Below, in pieces: positions 24,170 through 35,399 of a stretch of DNA of 64,000 nucleotides. The number at the start of each line of letters is the position of its first letter. Position 1 is the first letter of the stretch. Both the position numbers and the translations under genes were made by a program. This DNA is from Prorocentrum cordatum. Its lineage: Eukaryota. The stretch is taken from positions 682,001-746,000 of the forward strand of contig CAUYUJ010000002.1 of assembly GCA_963575745.1 (NCBI GenBank), given 5' to 3'. Below the pieces are notes generated by a model. That model was not told where the DNA came from, searched no databases, and worked only from the letters and a program-made list of their open reading frames with translations.

Positions 24170-27100
24170 ATGGCAGCGGAGCCTGCGATCCACGAGGGGG
24201 GTCAGGCCACTTTTCCTGTCACTCGACTTTCGCGTGACAAATTCCATATTATTACCCTGTTCTCCCCGCTTCCCACCCTCTTGCGCCGAGCGCCGCCATG
24301 GATCCTGGTTCTTCCAGATGGCGCCCAGCTTCGAGAGGTCCAGCGGATCTTTTCTCACAGCCAGGACAGAATTTTTGTGTTGGAAGCGGAGGACGAGGAA
24401 ACGTTCCATGGGCAGGTGATGACGGCGTGGGCTGGTCAGATCAAGACCTGGGCCCGTTGGTTCTCGCAGCCCTGGATGGCGACACAGCCCAATGCGCAAT
24501 CATCCTCATCAAGTTGGAACGCGCGGGGCCGCGGTTCGCCGGTTGTTCCAGATCGGCTGAACACGCCTCCGCGGGGACAGGCCATGCCTTTCGCTCCTGG
24601 TGTTCCGATTTATTGGGGAGATGCCACTGCCAGATCTTTCGATCGCCAGAGGGGGCAATATCCTGCGCAATCGGAGGCCCAAAAGATACCAAACGACCAA
24701 CCTCCCACTTGGGATGGAAAAGATCCCGATGCTCGTGTAGGTCCTTGCGTGGAGGAGTTGCAGATGTGGCTCGCTACCACCAGATCCCTGCAGCCACAAC
24801 GCGGCCACGGCATCTACCACTACGCCAGGGATGACCTCACGACCGAGATCAACGAAGTCACCGAAGACCAGCTGTCTTCGCAGGACAGCGGGCAGGTCGC
24901 GGTCAAATAACGAGGCTTTCGCCGATCACCAAGACCGCAGGATGCCGACGGCCTTTGACCAGCTTTTCTATTCGGACGACGCCATGCGCAAGCGAGGCGA
25001 ATCCCCGGTCAAGTAGATCGCTCGCAAGCGAGTGTTCTGCCGAGAACTCGCAAAGCACTTGGTCATGCTGGGGGGATTGAAAGGGTACGTGTTGCAAAGA
25101 GAACCCGAGCTCAGTGAAGCTGCTCGGAATGCGGACGAGCGCTGCACTGATGGGGGGCATGTGATTTTGATCTGGCGCGCGAGAAGCTTCGGAAGTTTAA
25201 GCGACCACTGCCGCCCGGTAAATGAGGTGGACATCGCATCCATGGAACGAGCGCCGCCTCGCACTTCGTCGGACGCCGTGGAGGCGACTGCGAGTGCGAG
25301 GACCAGGGGTCTGATCGCGATGACTTCCAATGGATTGCCGTGGGGCAGTCTCCGTTTGCCACGCCCGAGTCCTACGAGGACGAGGTCTTGACAGAGGCTC
25401 TCGACTTCATGGGCGACGACGACGCACTCTTCGCAGCTGGGGACATGTCCGAGGATGTGGTTCTGGATGAAGATGAGGCCATCGCCATCTACGCCAATCA
25501 CAGCCATGTGCGACAGCATCTACGCGAGCGGAAGCTTGGACGCGGCTTCTTCGAACAGCGCCTCCCGGAGGTAAGTTCAGAGGCCCCCGCGAGGGAAAGC
25601 GTCGAGGGAAGCGAAGTAGACATGTTCGACCGAAGCGGCGGGCCGATAGAGTCAATCGATGAGTCGCTCGAAGTGTGAACGACGCGGGAAATGCGGCACC
25701 CGACTCGGGGCCGCGCGAACGAGCCAGACGCGCGAGGGCGCAGGCGGCAAGCAGGCTTCGGCGGTTTCCACGCTGTTCTCCTTGAAGCAGATGGGGCTCT
25801 GCATGGCGTCGCAGCCCGCGTCAGCCTGGAGTTGACCCGCTTGCCTTTCTCATCTTTGCACCTTCTGACATTGGCGAGCAGGTTTTCAGCGGACTTCATT
25901 CAGGCGCACGTGGTTTCGGATTAGCGGTCGCTGGAGCTGAGCGCGGGGTCCGCGGCAAAGACCAGCTTGATGCAATGGTGAGATATCTTGGATATACGTG
26001 CGGCTTGAAGCCAGCGCAGATACCCACTCTTGAAATTGGCGCCATGGCGTTAGAGGATCTCCCAAGTATCTCTCCAGCTGGACCCTACCTGTTGCCGCGG
26101 CAAAGTGCGGTGCTCTCGCGGTGCATCTGATTGTCTGCGACATGCCGCATTGCTTCAAGTGGAGATGCTCAGGCAGCTCGGCGCGGCTCTTGACCTTCCA
26201 GGCGGTGCCATCACTTGGAAGGCGCTCGACGGCAGGCAATCGAGGAAGCGCGACGTCGGGGCAGGCAGGCGCGCTGCGATGAACATCTCCAGTCGCCCCG
26301 ATGATGGCTGGCAGAGATAGCAGAACATCAGACAAGTCTCTCCGAAGACTCAGGGATGTCACCAGGTCGTCGAGCCCGAGGATCCCGCGCTCTACGCGAA
26401 TCCGCAGGCACCCCCCAGTCAAACCAGTTTTTCCCTGTGCAAACTGCCGCCCCCCCCCGGCACCTTGCGCGATGCTGACCCGAGCGGGGCGCGCCCCCGC
26501 CGGGCAGAAGCCGCAGCCCGATATTCCAAGCGCCGGCAGGTCCAGCCAGTCTTTGACCCCCCGAAAAGCGGACGTGGAAATGGTACCAATTGTGCTTGAA
26601 GCTATTCACCATCCTGGGTCGCGCGGCCACGAAGCGCCGCGCGGGGGCGCGCGTCGGCGCGAACGCTTGCAAGAAAGAACTCGCTCGGGGACGCCAGGGG
26701 CCCGGGCCGCGAGACTGCGCCGCCCGCGCCTCGCCCCCGCGATCCGAGGCCCTTCGTTCGAGCCCTGGAGATCTCCAGCGGGCAGCGGTTCGCGGCGGGC
26801 AAGAGGCTGGAGCACGACGGCGCAGGCGCCGCGAAGACCGATCAGGCCGCGCGCAGGCGCCCCGAGGAGGCCAGGCGCCATCGGGGCAACAGCAGGACCC
26901 TCTGGTGGACACGCGACGATTGCCGGATGCGCTGGGCGAGGCGCCCCGCCGAGGGTTTCATCGGCACGGGCAGACCAGCCCACCGGGAACAGGCGACGTT
27001 CGGGGCGCACGCGAGCCGCGCCTTCAAGGATATCTACGGGAAAGACTTCGAGCACTGCGAGCGGCGCATGCGGACTCACGGGGCAGGCGAGCCAGCGACG

Positions 27101-29061
27101 CATCACGAACTCTCCCGTTTGGCAGATTTCGCCGCGGAACGCGAGATGTGCGAGGCCACCGTGGACGGGGGCGGTTTCGAGGCGATCGCGGAGGAGACCG
27201 ACGTCCAATGGATTCGCAGGCGCGCCCGTGCACGTCTCGAGCCCCGCGACAGGCTTCTTTCGCTCAGCCATTTCCGTCGCCTCACCTTCTGCGGGCGATT
27301 TCACCAACGAGCGGATGACAGAGTTTGTCTACTCAGATGGCACGACCGAATTCGTTCAGGATGCCTGGTCTGGCCCATCTTGCGACCGTGCCTTGGCCAA
27401 GAAATGGACCGGCCGCGCCTTCTGTTACCGCGGGGCTGCCACTGGCGCGACGTTCATTCGCGCGCTGCCGGCGATGTCCCCAGGGCACCTGTCCCAGCCA
27501 GGTTGGAAAATTTGTTTCTCCAGATGCTTCCAGCGACAGGCTGGCTGGTCCAGCACGCGGCAATCGCATGGCTGTGCTTCGAGGTGCTCCAGGTGGTCCG
27601 TGGCAGTCAGCCGCTTTGCGGGCCTCGGCTGACGCCGCCGAGGCTCGCGAAGGGAAATGCCAGATTCAATATCGTTGCAGACCCAATGGGAATACACTTC
27701 TGCTTCGGAGCTCGACGAGGGCGGCATCGGCGCGATTTCTTATCAACGGGCCAAAAAGATTAAGCAGGCACTCGGAGTGAACAGCACCAGTCTCAGTCTT
27801 CTCTTGGGAGCCCCACCTCAAGAATATGGGCCTGAAGAGACTCCCGTCGATGATCCCGACGCCGAACCTGATGGCGACGGCGAGGCGCCGGCTCAGCCCG
27901 ACCAGGCACCTACGGCAGACCAGATGATCGACCCCTAAGCCCGCCCACGATAATTCTGGCCACCCTGGAATTCGAGATGTCGCTCGACTTCTGAGACGGG
28001 GCTGTGCTAGGCCAGAAGTGGCACGCTGGGTGCTGAAAAACCTTCAGTGCGACGAGCGCGATGCGCGCAAACGACCCTATGCTCGAGGCCCCGCTACTGC
28101 TCCCAAGTCTTTTCGATTCAGTCATTCTGTTGGCATTGGATTGGTTTGGCTGAGGCCAAGTACCCACTCGATGATGCGCCGTTTTGGACCAGTATCATAT
28201 ATTGGGGCACTTCTTGTTTCAGTTGGTTGGACATGTGGGGGGCAGGAAAGCCAGCAGAGGTACTATGGCAAGCATATGTGCTCACATGGGCACGCGCGTT
28301 TGGCATGCCAGTTGTTGTCGCGGATCTTGGATCGGAGTTCCAGGGAACGTTTGCAGATCACACGCAAAACAACGGCGCTTGCCCATTCCCTGCGGACGCC
28401 CGGCTTCCATTGCAAAACGGTCGAACGGAACGTGCTGGAAAATAATGGAAACGACAGTTCCATTTAGCCGTCACCCGTCCATGCGGTAGTTCCAGGTAAT
28501 CCAGCCGAGTGGTATGCTATGGGGGGGGCTGTGTTGCTCTGCCCGGAATTGTGGCCATAATCGGAGTGGTTTCTCATGTATGCAACGGGTTTCCTGTTTT
28601 ACACAACGTCTACCAGCGACATTGCTCCCCGGTGATCCTATAGACCCCGAGTACTTGTAGACCGACCCAGTACAGGAATTCCACCGAGCTGAAGACCTAC
28701 GCCGAGCCGCCATGAAAGTTTGGACTGCCATGGATAGTGGAACGCGACTACTTCGAGTCCTCCGCGCGCGACACCGCATGCCACCAGCTTTCACGGAAGT
28801 CCAACTCGTTCTTTGTTGACAAGGACGAGTCGGCCCGGGGGAATGGTTTGGGCCTGGTGCGAGTATCCGACCTACTGCCGGTGGGGCTTGGACCAACGTG
28901 CGCGGAGCGTTGTGTCGCGCGTCGAATGAACAAGTCTGTAGCGCCATACAAGATGCAAGCAGAGACATCGATATTGTCAATCGTTATCGCCGCGACCTCT
29001 ATTGACCTCGAGCGCACGCGCGGCGCTTGTCGCTATGTCGACGTCACCAGAGAGGGCAATA
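24170..29061 (+). mobile_element. Decayed Ty1/copia-like retrotransposon, 5' part (gag, protease-like, integrase)
   Basis: Gag-like PPTWDGKDP...LQMWLATT...YARDDL (~24700-24900). Protease-like LPV...LLQVEMLRQLGAALDL (~26090-26220). Integrase Zn region HDNSGHP...LQC (from 27946). Integrase core WARAFGMP..VADLGSEFQGTF...PLQNGRTER (28290-28435). Downstream GPGEWFGPG. Many stops and frameshifts. Confidence 0.8.
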
Positions 29062-30353
29062 TATACATATAACGGCGCACCGGGTCCGGGGGCCCGGGGC
29101 CGGGACCCCGACCACAAATGTGCGCCCCGGGGGGCCCGGAGGCTCGTCGGGGCTTGCCGGAGGCCTCCCCGGTCAGACAAGACGGCCCCAGGAGCGCCCA
29201 AGACGACCCAAGAAACTTCCAAGAGGCCTCCAAGAGGGCTCCGAGATGCTGAAGATGGCCTCCAGACGTCCAAGGACGCCCCCAAGAGGCCCCAAGAAGC
29301 CTCCAACATGCGTCCCAAGAGGGCCCCTAGACGCAAAAATTGGCCCATTCCCTTTGTAAAACGTACATTTTCAACAAAGTTGTCTTTTGGGCTTTCCGAC
29401 GTTACAGGACGGCCCAAGAGGCGCCCAAGACCGCCCCAAGACGGCCCAAGAAGCTTCCAAGAGGGCCCCAGGACAGCCCAAGAGGGCCCCAAGACGGCCC
29501 AAGAGGCGCCCAAGATGGCCCAAGAGGGCCCCAAGACGGGCCCAAGAGGGGGCCCAGAGGGGGACCACGAACCGCAAGCTCGAGCCTTCCGCCCCAAGAG
29601 GCCGCCAGGAGGCCCCCAGGAGGCCCCTCAAGAGGCCCCAGGAGACCCCAGACGTCCAAGGACGCCCCCAAGAGGCCCCAAGAAGCCTCCAACATGCGTC
29701 CCAAGAGGGCCCCTAGACGCAAGAATTGGCCCATTCCCTTCGTAAAACGTACATTTTTAACAAAGTCGCCTTTTGGGCTTTCCGACGTTACAGGACGGCC
29801 CAAGAGGCGCCCAAGACCGCCCCAAGACGGCCCAAGAAGCTTCCAAGAGGGCCCCAGGACAGCCCAAGAGGGCCCCAAGACGGCCCAAGAGGCGCCCAAG
29901 ATGGCCCAAGAGGGCCCCAAGACGGGCCCAAGAGGGGGCCCAGAGGGGGACCACGAACCGCAAGCTCGAGCCTTCCGCCCCAAGAGGCCGCCAGGAGGCC
30001 CATCAGGAGGCCCCTCAAGAGGCCCCAGGAGACCCCCAAGAGGCCCAAAGGAGGCCCAAGGACAGCCCAAGAGGGCCCCAAGACGGCCCAAGAGGCGCCC
30101 AAGATGGCCCAAGAGGGCCCCAAGACGGGCCCAAGAGGGGGCCCAGAGGGGGACCACGAACCGCAAGCTCGAGCCTTCCGCCCCAAGAGGCCGCCAGGAG
30201 GCCCCCAGGAGGCCCCTCAAGAGGCCCCAGGAGACCCCAGACGTCCAAGGACGCCCCCACGACGCTTCGCGTCACCAATTTCTTCTCACAACGGTTCCTG
30301 GGTCTGTGACTCGACAGAACCTAAGCGCGCGCGAAGCGCGCGCGTGGTTCTAG
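29062..30353 (+). mobile_element. Non-autonomous Helitron-like element, copy 1
   Basis: Starts TATACATATAACGG. Ends with hairpin GCGCGCGC-GAA-GCGCGCGC (30325-30343) followed by GTGGTTCTAG. Interior has CCCAAGA repeats with an internal ~386-bp duplication. Confidence 0.8.
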
Positions 30354-31442
30354 TATACATATAACGGCGCACCGGGTCCGGGGGCCCGGGGCCGGGACCC
30401 GACCACAAATGTGCGCCCCGGGGGGCCCGGAGGCTCGTCGGGGCTTGCCGGAGGCCTCCCCGGTCAGACAAGACGGCCCCAGAAGCGCCCAAGACGGCCC
30501 AAGAAACTTCCAAGAGGCCTCCAAGAGGGCTCCGAGATGCTGAAGATGGCCTCCAGACGTCCAAGGACGCCCCCAAGAGGCCCCAAGAAGCCTCCAACAT
30601 GCGTCCCAAGAGGGCCCCTAGACGCAAAAATTGGCCCATTCCCTTCGTAAAACGTACATTTTTCAACAAAGTTGCTTTTTGGGCTTTCCGACGTTACAGG
30701 ACGGCCCACGAGGCGCCCAAGACCGCCCCAAGACGGCCCAAGAAGCTTCCAAGAGGGCCCCAGGACAGCCCAAGAGGGCCCCAAGACGGCCCAAGAGGCG
30801 CCCAAGATGGCCCAAGAGGGCCCCAAGACGGGCCCAAGAGGGGGCCCAGAGGGGGACCACGAACCGCAAGCTCGAGCCTTCCGCCCCAAGAGGCCGCCAG
30901 GAGGCCCCCAGGAGGCCCCTCAAGAGGCCCCAGGAGACCCCAGACGTCCAAGGACGCCCCCAAGAGGCCCCAAGAAGCCTCCAACATGCGTCCCAAGAGG
31001 GCCCCTAGACGCAAAAGTTGGCCCATTCCCTTCGTAAAACGTACATGTTCAACAAAGTTGTCTTTTGGGCTTTCCGACGTTACAGGACGGCCCAAGAGGC
31101 GCCCAAGACCGCCCCAAGACGGCCCAAGAAGCTTCCAAGAGGGCCCCAGGACAGCCCAAGAGGGCCCCAAGACGGCCCAAGAGGCGCCCAAGATGGCCCA
31201 AGAGGGCCCCAAGACGGGCCCAAGAGGGGGCCCAGAGGGGGACCACGAACCGCAAGCTCGAGCCTTCCGCCCCAAGAGGCCGCCAGGAGGCCCCCAGGAG
31301 GCCCCTCAAGAGGCCCCAGGAGACCCCAGACGTCCAAGGACGCCCCCACGACGCTTCGCGTCACCAATTTCTTCTCACAACGATTCCTGGGTCTGTGACT
31401 CGACAGAACCTAAGCGCGCGCGAAGCGCGCGCGTGGTTCTAG
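30354..31442 (+). mobile_element. Non-autonomous Helitron-like element, copy 2 (head-to-tail with copy 1)
   Basis: Same 5' end and same hairpin+CTAG 3' end. The pair sits between host A29061 and T31443 with no target-site duplication. Confidence 0.8.
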
Positions 31443-32575
31443 TCCCATATCCCCTGGAGAGGAACCTTCTGCGCGACCCTGAAGCGGGAGAGGCCGATGA
31501 CAATCTCGACGATGCAGACATGACTATTGACCAGGAGCCACAACCGCCAACGCCAGAATAACCAGAGATACAACCAATGGCGGGATTCCATGACGATCCT
31601 GGACTGGCACGCGCGGCACCCCAGAGTGACGCTCGACAAATGCGACCTTGTTTAGACACCGCATCCTCTACTGAACCGCAGAGCAAGCCCGGCTCGAGGC
31701 AGCCCTCCGCGGAAGAGGCGCCGGGGGGGGCCTCCAGCGCCGCTGCCCGAGGCTCAGGCATGGCGTGGGCCGCGCATGCGTCTTCGCATTTACCGCCGCC
31801 AGCGCCGACTGCGATGGCGCCTCCGGAATTCCCATCTGCGGGCTCCGCAGGTGAACTTGTTTCATGCTACGCGGGCAGCAAGCAGAATGTTCAGGTGGCA
31901 GATGATTTGTCGGGGGCGCGCAGAACTCCTGATTCGGACACCATTCACACTGCCCGTCAATCAGGAGCCGCCTATCTCAACACTTCGAGTTCATCCTTCA
32001 CCCTGGAGAAACGGACTGAGCAAGAAACGCATCTCATTCCCTCCTCTTGACCATCTTATACAGCGGTTTCTTGGACCTACTGGCAGCCGCCACAATGGGC
32101 GGTCAGAGATCTGCGCAGCAGGACCCGACGGCACCAAAACAGCACGCATTCACCGAGCAGCTGCCGCTGCAAAAATGCACCGCAAAATCCCTCAACGTAT
32201 CATTCCGTCTCGTTGGCGCGACATAAAAAAGATGAGGGAGCCCACTATGACGGCAAGGAAAACGATTCTGCTGCCCCGCTAAATCGAGATGGCTTATCCA
32301 AGGGTTTCATGTTCCCGACGTTGCTGTGCTGAGCCGCGCAGCACCTGCGCCCTCCACAGCAGACGTACCTCATGCTCTACAATATCTGTCCTCCATGCAG
32401 GCTGAGGCCTTGGCAGGCGACGCCAAGTCGGCCTTCGCTCCAGGACGCGGGGAGGACGTCTTTTTGCTTCACCCCCCGCGGGCGGAATCCCTGGCGAAAA
32501 TCCCAACGAAGTGCGCGCGATCGAACTCAGTGTCCCGGCAACGAGCGTCGCAGCAAACGCCATGAGAGCGCTTCC
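31443..32575 (+). mobile_element. Decayed Ty1/copia-like retrotransposon, 3' part (linker and N-terminal reverse transcriptase), truncated
   Basis: IIPSRW (~32200); KSRWLIQGFHVPD at 32281-32319; APAPST...GDAKSAF (~32340-32436); frame-shifted LFASPPRGGIPG. These are copia RT (RVT_2-type) motifs. The sequence is cut off by a minisatellite at ~32580. Confidence 0.8.
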
Positions 32576-32577
32576 GG

Positions 32578-32730
32578 ATACACCTAGTTACACCCAGTTA
32601 CACCCAGTTACACCTAGTTACACCTAGTTACACCTAGTTACACCTAGTTACACCTAGTTACACCTAGTTACGCCCAGTTACACCTAGTTACACCTAGTTA
32701 CACCTAGTTACCCTCAGTTTCCCTCAGCTA
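32578..32730. repeat. 10-bp (CACCTAGTTA)n minisatellite
   Basis: Direct reading. Confidence 0.95.
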
Positions 32731-33119
32731 CCAGAGTTAAGGCATGACGCAATCAGTCTGATTCGGAGTGCAGGCATTCGAACCTGGAACCTCGGTCCTC
32801 GATCCTCGCCTCGGTCATCGATCCTATCCTCGGTCCTCGATCCTGGCTTCACTTTTCAAGACAACCTCGCCGGCACATCGGCGATACATCGCCGATGCAT
32901 CGGCGACATCGGCGATGCATCGACGACGCCAGCGCGGAGGAAATCGAGCTCCACATCGGGCCGCATCGCCGATGCATCGACGATGCGGCGCGATCCTCCA
33001 ACCCCATCTGCTCGGACCCAGGGGGGCCAGGAAGAGGGGGTGGTGCGCATTGGGGCCAAAAGCATGGGGCGCGGACGAGCGGGGGCTTTGGAGCGTGTTG
33101 AACAAAGAGGCAGAAGAAG

Positions 33120-33545
33120 AAAAGCAAAAAGGTTAATAATAATAATAATGTCAATAATAATGATAAGAGTGATAAGAATGGTACGAGTTATACGAACATA
33201 ATGATTATACTCATACTCTGATGATCATAGACATCACAACTACTGATAGTACGTATATAAAAATACATATGATACGAATAGGAATGCGAATACGAATGCG
33301 AGTACAAATACGAATGCGAAGAGCAATCATGAAAACAAGAAAACAATACCAAATACAACATAACAAGAAACAATGGTAAGCATCAGTGTTATGACGAAGA
33401 GGGCGAAACATACGAATAAGAAAATAATAATAATGTAAATATAGGAAAATCATAATAAGAAGAAGAAGAGGAAGAGGAATAAGGAGAAGACGAAAAATAA
33501 GAAGAGGAAGAGGAGGAGGAGGAGGAAGAAGAAGAAGAAGAAGTC
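33120..33545. repeat. A-rich low-complexity tract (AAT/AAG/GAG degenerate repeats)
   Basis: Direct reading. Confidence 0.8.
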
Positions 33546-34814
33546 ACAGTCCTGACCCCCTGTCGGGCGCCTGGTGTTTTCAGGACGCCACACCCGGTCT
33601 CCGGCGGCCTCTCAAGGGACGATCCAGGCACAGTTGGGGGGCCGCTCCTGGCGAGGCGCGGCTGCGGCTGAGCATCCGGAGGCTGGCAAAACCCCAGTGA
33701 GCCCACGAAAACGCCAGCAAAGAACCTCCCTGGACGAGGCCCTACACCTTGCGAGTGATGGGAAACGCAATTTTCCTTCAAAAACCGCACTCAATGAGCC
33801 ACAATAGCGTTTCCCATAACTCTAAGCTATGGGAACCGCAATCCCGGACGACTGCCGCCCTGTAGTCCCTCTCTGGCGCCCCCGATGATGCCTCGATTGC
33901 GCCTGAAAATCTGGGCCCCTCCCGTTTCTGTCGGTCCCTCGGACCCCTCATGTGGGCGGTCTCGGAGACCCTGAACCCAAAATTGTTGTCATCTCTTGGG
34001 GGGACATCTTCTACTTCCGACGACCTTCCGCCGCCCTTCCGCTGCCTTCCGCCGAGGAAGATATGACAACTCCTTCGACCCTTGAAGGCAAGGCCCTTTC
34101 TGATACGCCCAACGTGGCGTTTGCAGCCTGCCGGATAGTTCTCTGGAAAACCTGGCCTCGTGGCGACAAGGACGCGCTGGCACTCCCAGCCAAGGCCCAA
34201 AACCGCCAAGAAGCCTACGGCCAGGGACTGTTGCTGAGCGTGTCGCAGCGGCGCCCCTGGCGGCACGCTATGCCTTGGCGAGCTGATAGCGTGTCGCTCC
34301 GCTCCGCGGGGCGGGAGGCTGGCAGGAACTCGAGGAGATGACGCTGTGCGCTGTGGGACCGGATCGTGCTTAGCATGCGGCGCCGCAGCGTGGCGAGCCA
34401 GAACCGGCGGCGCCACGCGCCTCCTCCTCCTCCTCCTCCTCATCCTCCTCCTCCTCCTCCTCCTCCTCCTCCTCCTCATCATCCCCCTCACCATCACCAC
34501 CGCCACCATCCTCCTCCTCCTATTCCTCCTCTTCCTTTTCCTCGTTGTCCTCGACCCACCATGTTGTTCACCCCCGCTGTCCGTCACAATCATATTCATC
34601 TCCTCATCGTCATACGCATCGCCATCAACATCAGCATCATCATCATCACCATCATCATCATCATGAGGTCGCGACCCCGGAAAACCTGACGCCCCGAAGC
34701 ACGAGGGGAGGAGGAGGAACAACAACAACAGGAACAGGACACGGATAAGGGAGGGGGGAGGAAGGAACATGAGGGAGGCAGAGCAGCGAGGAAGAATGGC
34801 GGAAGAAGATGGGA

Positions 34815-35341
34815 AAGGAGGGGGCGAAGGGAGGTGTTGACACAGGGGCGCCGCTGTCCCCCGCAGTTTTCCCTCAGTTTCGTTTCAGTTTTTGCGTCAA
34901 AAAGAGGTTGCAGTTGTAGGGTACCAAGCCGCAAACGCAGCGCCAGGAAAGCTAAATGCAATCGAGAGGAAACTGAGCGCAACTGACGGAAACTGAAAGG
35001 AGGGGGCGAAGGGAGGTGTTGACAAAGGGGCGCCGCTGTCCCCCTCAGTTGTCCCTTAGTTTCGTCTCAGTTCCTTTCGTCAGAAAGAGGCTGCAGTTGT
35101 AGGATACCAAGCCGCAAACGCAGCGCCAGGAAAGCTAAATGTAACCGAGAGGAAACTGAGGGAAACTGAGTGTAACTGAGGGAAACTGAGTGTAACTGAG
35201 GGAAACTGAGTGTAACTGAGGGAAACTGCGTGTAAGTGAAAGAAACTGCGTGTGACTGAGGGGAACTGAGTGTAACTGAGGGAAACTGAGTGCAACTGAA
35301 GGACACTGAGTGTAACTGAGGGGAACTGAGTGTAACTGAGG
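34815..35341. repeat. ~180-bp direct duplication followed by a (GGAAACTGAG TGTAACTGAG)n 20-bp repeat
   Basis: AAGGAGGGGGCGAAGGGAGGTGTTGACA occurs at ~34815 and ~34997. The 10/20-bp units span 35150-35341. Confidence 0.85.
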
Positions 35342-35399
35342 GGTCCGAACCGGCTCCGTCCGACGCCGCGCGCGGCCACAATAAAAATGCTGACAGAAG

